From assembly GCA_019704295.1 (NCBI GenBank), contig AP024596.1, positions 288,001-352,000 of the forward strand: 64,000 nt of DNA, read 5' to 3'. Origin of the DNA: Sulfolobales archaeon HS-7. GTDB lineage: Archaea > Thermoproteota > Thermoprotei_A > Sulfolobales > Sulfolobaceae. This document shows, piece after piece, positions 60,950-64,000 of this stretch. Under the pieces are notes generated by a model. It did no database searches. It was not told where the DNA came from and was given only the letters and a program-made list of their open reading frames with translations. A program made the translations under genes and the position numbers. Position 1 is the stretch's first letter, and each line of letters begins with the position of its first letter.

Positions 60950-62824
60950 ATGAACCAAAAATTAGCAAAGTCAAGCAGTTCATATTTAAGAGAAGCTATA
61001 TCACAACCAGTAGAGTGGAGGATATGGAATGACGAGGCTTTTGCCGAGGCTAAGAACTTAAACAGGCCGATTCTCGTTGACGTTGGTGCGTCGTGGTGTC
61101 ACTGGTGTCACGTAATGGACAGAGAGACCTACGATAACGAGGACATAGCTAGAATTATTAATGAAAACTTCATCCCAATAAAGGTCGACAGGGACGAGAT
61201 GCCGGACATCGATAGGAAGTTACAAAAGGCGGTGTATGAGATAACTGGCCAAAGTGGCTGGCCTCTGACAGTCTTCATGACGCCTGAGGGTCTGGTTTTC
61301 TTCGGTGGTACTTATTTTCCTCCAGAGGATAAGTTAGGCATTCCAGGAATGAAAAGAGTTCTAACCTCTGTTATTTCGTATTGGAAGGATACCAAAGGGA
61401 ATGTTGAAGGAGTGAAATTCAATCAGTTAAAAAATACCGAAGGTACAGAAATCGATCCTCAGCTAACTACAGAAAGTATTCTCACTTACTTCGATTGGGA
61501 TTTTGGGGGAATTGAAGGGGGAATGAAGTTTCCTCATCCACCTGTCGATTCACTTCTTCTTGCAGAAGCCTACTGGAACAATGACGACTTGGCAAAGAAG
61601 GCCGTTTACCTCACATTAAAAAATATGTATATGGGCGGATTAATGGATCAGGTAGGCGGAGGATTTCACAGATATACTGTAGATAGAGAATGGTGGGTTC
61701 CTCATTTCGAAAAGCTCCTTATAGATAACGCGGAAATTCTGATCACTTACGTTAACGCCTATACTTACTTTCGTGATGAGCAGTTCTTAGATGCAATAAA
61801 TATGAGTATTAGCTTCTTGGACTCTATAAGAGATGACGATGGTCTTGCTTCTAGTGTTGATGCGGACAGTGAGGGAGTTGAGGGCAAATATTATACCTGG
61901 ACCGTTAACGAGGTAAAGGAGATCTTCCCGGAAAATCCTGAAAGAGTAATAAGGCTCTTCTCAATGGATATACCGGGTGGGGAAGTAGAGGGAAGAAAGG
62001 TATTGAAAAGAAAGTATGATAACGAGGAAATCTCTAAGAGGTTCGGAGTAAACCCAACGGTTTTTCTAACGGAAACTAGGAGAAGGATGTTAGCAGAGAG
62101 AATGAAAAGGATCCCTCCAATGATTGATAAAAACAAGTACTCATATCCCAACTTTAGGGCCGTAGAGGCATACCTGTGGGCTGGAGAGCTCCTAGACGTT
62201 AATACAACGTGGGCTCAACAGTTACTCAAAAGAGTAAATAAAATAACGCGGAGGATTAACAGTGGTGGAGAACCGTTATTTGAGGACTTTGCTGCAGCAG
62301 CCTCCTGCATGATAAAGGCGTACGAAATTACTAGTGATGAAGGCCTTTTGGATAAGGCAATTAGCTACGTTGATGAGATTAAGGAAGTAGAATTCCCTCC
62401 AATTGAGGAACAGCCAAGTTTTTCCCCTACAGTCTTGTTAGGCATGATAATTCTAAAGATAAATTCAATAAGACCTGGTACTTTCTCCGAGTCGTTATTA
62501 AATAGAATAACTGGAATGAAAGCTGGAGATCCATTATTCAGTTCTGGTTTAGCCCTTCTAAGGGAGCTGAAAAGGAGAGGGGTTGCGCATATAGTTATAA
62601 CAGGAGATGATGAGAACTCTAGGAAACTACTTAGGAGGGCTGTTTCACTTTACTATCCGTTGAAGGTTGTTGAAAGAGTTAAAGGAGAAAAACATGACAA
62701 CCCGGTTATTAATTCAATGCTAACAAAAACTAAGGGAAATGGGACAGCCTTTGTATGTGTAGGTCATAAATGTTCACCTCCCGTAAGTGACCCTACTCTA
62801 CTTATAGTTAGACCTGAGAGTTAG
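60950..62824 (+). CDS. DUF255 thioredoxin-domain protein (YyaL-like)
   Basis: SSYL..PVEW, WCHWCHVM, KVDRDE.PDID, GWPLTVF, GGFHRY and PHFEK motifs. Confidence 0.92.
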   Translation: MNQKLAKSSSSYLREAISQPVEWRIWNDEAFAEAKNLNRPILVDVGASWCHWCHVMDRETYDNEDIARIINENFIPIKVDRDEMPDIDRKLQKAVYEITGQSGWPLTVFMTPEGLVFFGGTYFPPEDKLGIPGMKRVLTSVISYWKDTKGNVEGVKFNQLKNTEGTEIDPQLTTESILTYFDWDFGGIEGGMKFPHPPVDSLLLAEAYWNNDDLAKKAVYLTLKNMYMGGLMDQVGGGFHRYTVDREWWVPHFEKLLIDNAEILITYVNAYTYFRDEQFLDAINMSISFLDSIRDDDGLASSVDADSEGVEGKYYTWTVNEVKEIFPENPERVIRLFSMDIPGGEVEGRKVLKRKYDNEEISKRFGVNPTVFLTETRRRMLAERMKRIPPMIDKNKYSYPNFRAVEAYLWAGELLDVNTTWAQQLLKRVNKITRRINSGGEPLFEDFAAAASCMIKAYEITSDEGLLDKAISYVDEIKEVEFPPIEEQPSFSPTVLLGMIILKINSIRPGTFSESLLNRITGMKAGDPLFSSGLALLRELKRRGVAHIVITGDDENSRKLLRRAVSLYYPLKVVERVKGEKHDNPVINSMLTKTKGNGTAFVCVGHKCSPPVSDPTLLIVRPES

Positions 62825-62828
62825 TAAG

Positions 62829-64000
62829 TTAGGACATTATTTGTTTTACAACAATGGTCTCAAGTTCTACTCTCTTTTCGTTTAACTTGTCTAGAAGAGC
62901 ACTTTTGAATATCTTCTCGTCTATAGGTTCATCTGTTAAACCTTTTATGCCCTCATAGAGCTTTTCAACGAAGGGTGCGAATTGTGTCGATCTTAGTATG
63001 CTTGAGACCAGTTCGGCATATTCCTTTATAATTACTATTTGATTAGCCTGTTCTTTGTGAGAGCTCATAATCTGTCTAAGATTTTTACCCATTTCCCTAC
63101 TCATTTCATCCACCATTTCTGAGATTACTGGTTCTATTATCTTTTCGTAATCGTCAAGACCACTGGATACAAAACTAGCCGTTTCAGCAATAACGTTTAC
63201 TTTAGACGTGATCGCCTTAGTAATAATGTCAGTTACTATTTTCCTTATCTCCGCTTCTTCCTCTTTCGGAACGGTAAATTTATTTGTAACTTCAAAAACC
63301 TGTATACCTTGCCTTCTACCCAAGTATTCCGTAAGTGTTATGGCATTTATCCCTAGATTCTTGAATTTAATTGCGGCAAATGGACACATAGTTACTATCG
63401 TTTTATAGTTCTCACCTATCGCCTTAGCTATCTTATCTGCTCTTTTTCCCATGCTTTTTTCAAGTTGAGCCCCTGAACATCCCTCTATCTTCTTAACCCT
63501 AAAGCCCTTTTCCCTAAGTCTTCTGACTACTTCGTCAGCATATCCCCTTGCAAAACACGCTAAGTGGAGATTAATCTCCTCGTCTCCCCTAATATCCATC
63601 GATTTAAGCATTAAAACCTCCAGAGGTGTGGTTTGATAATTAACTGGTACTCCAGACATCTTTGAGTAATCCACATACGCTTCCGATAACATCTTATAAT
63701 CTTCTGGAGATATGGTGACAATTTCTTCCGAGTCGATCATCATTTTAGCATTCTGTTTTATTTTGTTGATTACTTCTCCTCCGTTTCCGCTTATGAAGTC
63801 AATGAATCCCGTATCGTACTGAGTGCCTACAATCCTCACTTTAAGTCCAAGTTTCTTAATAACTGCTAAAGACGACATTACTACCCCGCTGTTCTCTAAA
63901 CCTGTTCTTCCGATCCATAGTATTAGCGGAGAGTTTTCATCAATAATATCCTTATATTCCGGAGGGACAAGGTCTATGTTAACAGGAGACTCCTTCGGCA
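62829..64000 (-). CDS. C-terminal part of a CCG-like Fe-S oxidoreductase (5' end outside the window)
   Basis: The frame stays open from 63878 to the window edge; HLAC, GCSG and TMCP remnants of CCG domains. Confidence 0.6.
   Translation of the reverse strand, partial: PKESPVNIDLVPPEYKDIIDENSPLILWIGRTGLENSGVVMSSLAVIKKLGLKVRIVGTQYDTGFIDFISGNGGEVINKIKQNAKMMIDSEEIVTISPEDYKMLSEAYVDYSKMSGVPVNYQTTPLEVLMLKSMDIRGDEEINLHLACFARGYADEVVRRLREKGFRVKKIEGCSGAQLEKSMGKRADKIAKAIGENYKTIVTMCPFAAIKFKNLGINAITLTEYLGRRQGIQVFEVTNKFTVPKEEEAEIRKIVTDIITKAITSKVNVIAETASFVSSGLDDYEKIIEPVISEMVDEMSREMGKNLRQIMSSHKEQANQIVIIKEYAELVSSILRSTQFAPFVEKLYEGIKGLTDEPIDEKIFKSALLDKLNEKRVELETIVVKQIMS

Noticed and set aside
593-63408. Many short ORFs antisense to or inside well-supported genes (e.g. 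593-853, 27178-27555, 36672-37079, 59356-59682)
   Set aside because: Shadow frames of real CDSs, with no motifs of their own

Overview
Chromosomal segment of a Sulfolobales-type crenarchaeon, judged from archaeal RibC and GTP cyclohydrolase III, TreZXY, DUF35 proteins and Sulfolobus-type IS remnants. Housekeeping and metabolic content: a riboflavin operon (ribB-ribC-ribH-gch3 plus an amidohydrolase), cbiA, pheA, tldD/pmbA, two acyl-CoA/thiolase-DUF35 lipid clusters, an aldehyde:ferredoxin oxidoreductase, LutA/LutB-like Fe-S proteins, an MFS transporter, an aminotransferase and a DUF255 protein. Two accessory islands stand out. (1) About 8.7-21.9 kb: AT-rich treZXY, a decayed IS256-family element, five further copies of its terminal repeat (MITE-like), a HEPN-MNT pair, orphan ORFs and several IS relics, bracketed by a degenerate direct repeat. 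(2) About 34.3-44.9 kb: a four-gene restriction-like defence locus (DUF1156 adenine methylase, DUF499 ATPase, small DUF3780/DUF7680-like protein, SNF2 helicase-nuclease) in an unusual divergent/convergent layout, lying between an intact aldo-keto reductase gene and a decayed direct-repeat copy of it. Other leads are a candidate for an unassigned step of archaeal riboflavin synthesis, a Cys-less Ltp3/Ltp4-like thiolase-fold aldolase operon and a structured intergenic RNA candidate. No CRISPR array, tRNA or rRNA was recognised. All family calls come from motif recognition by eye, not from database searches.
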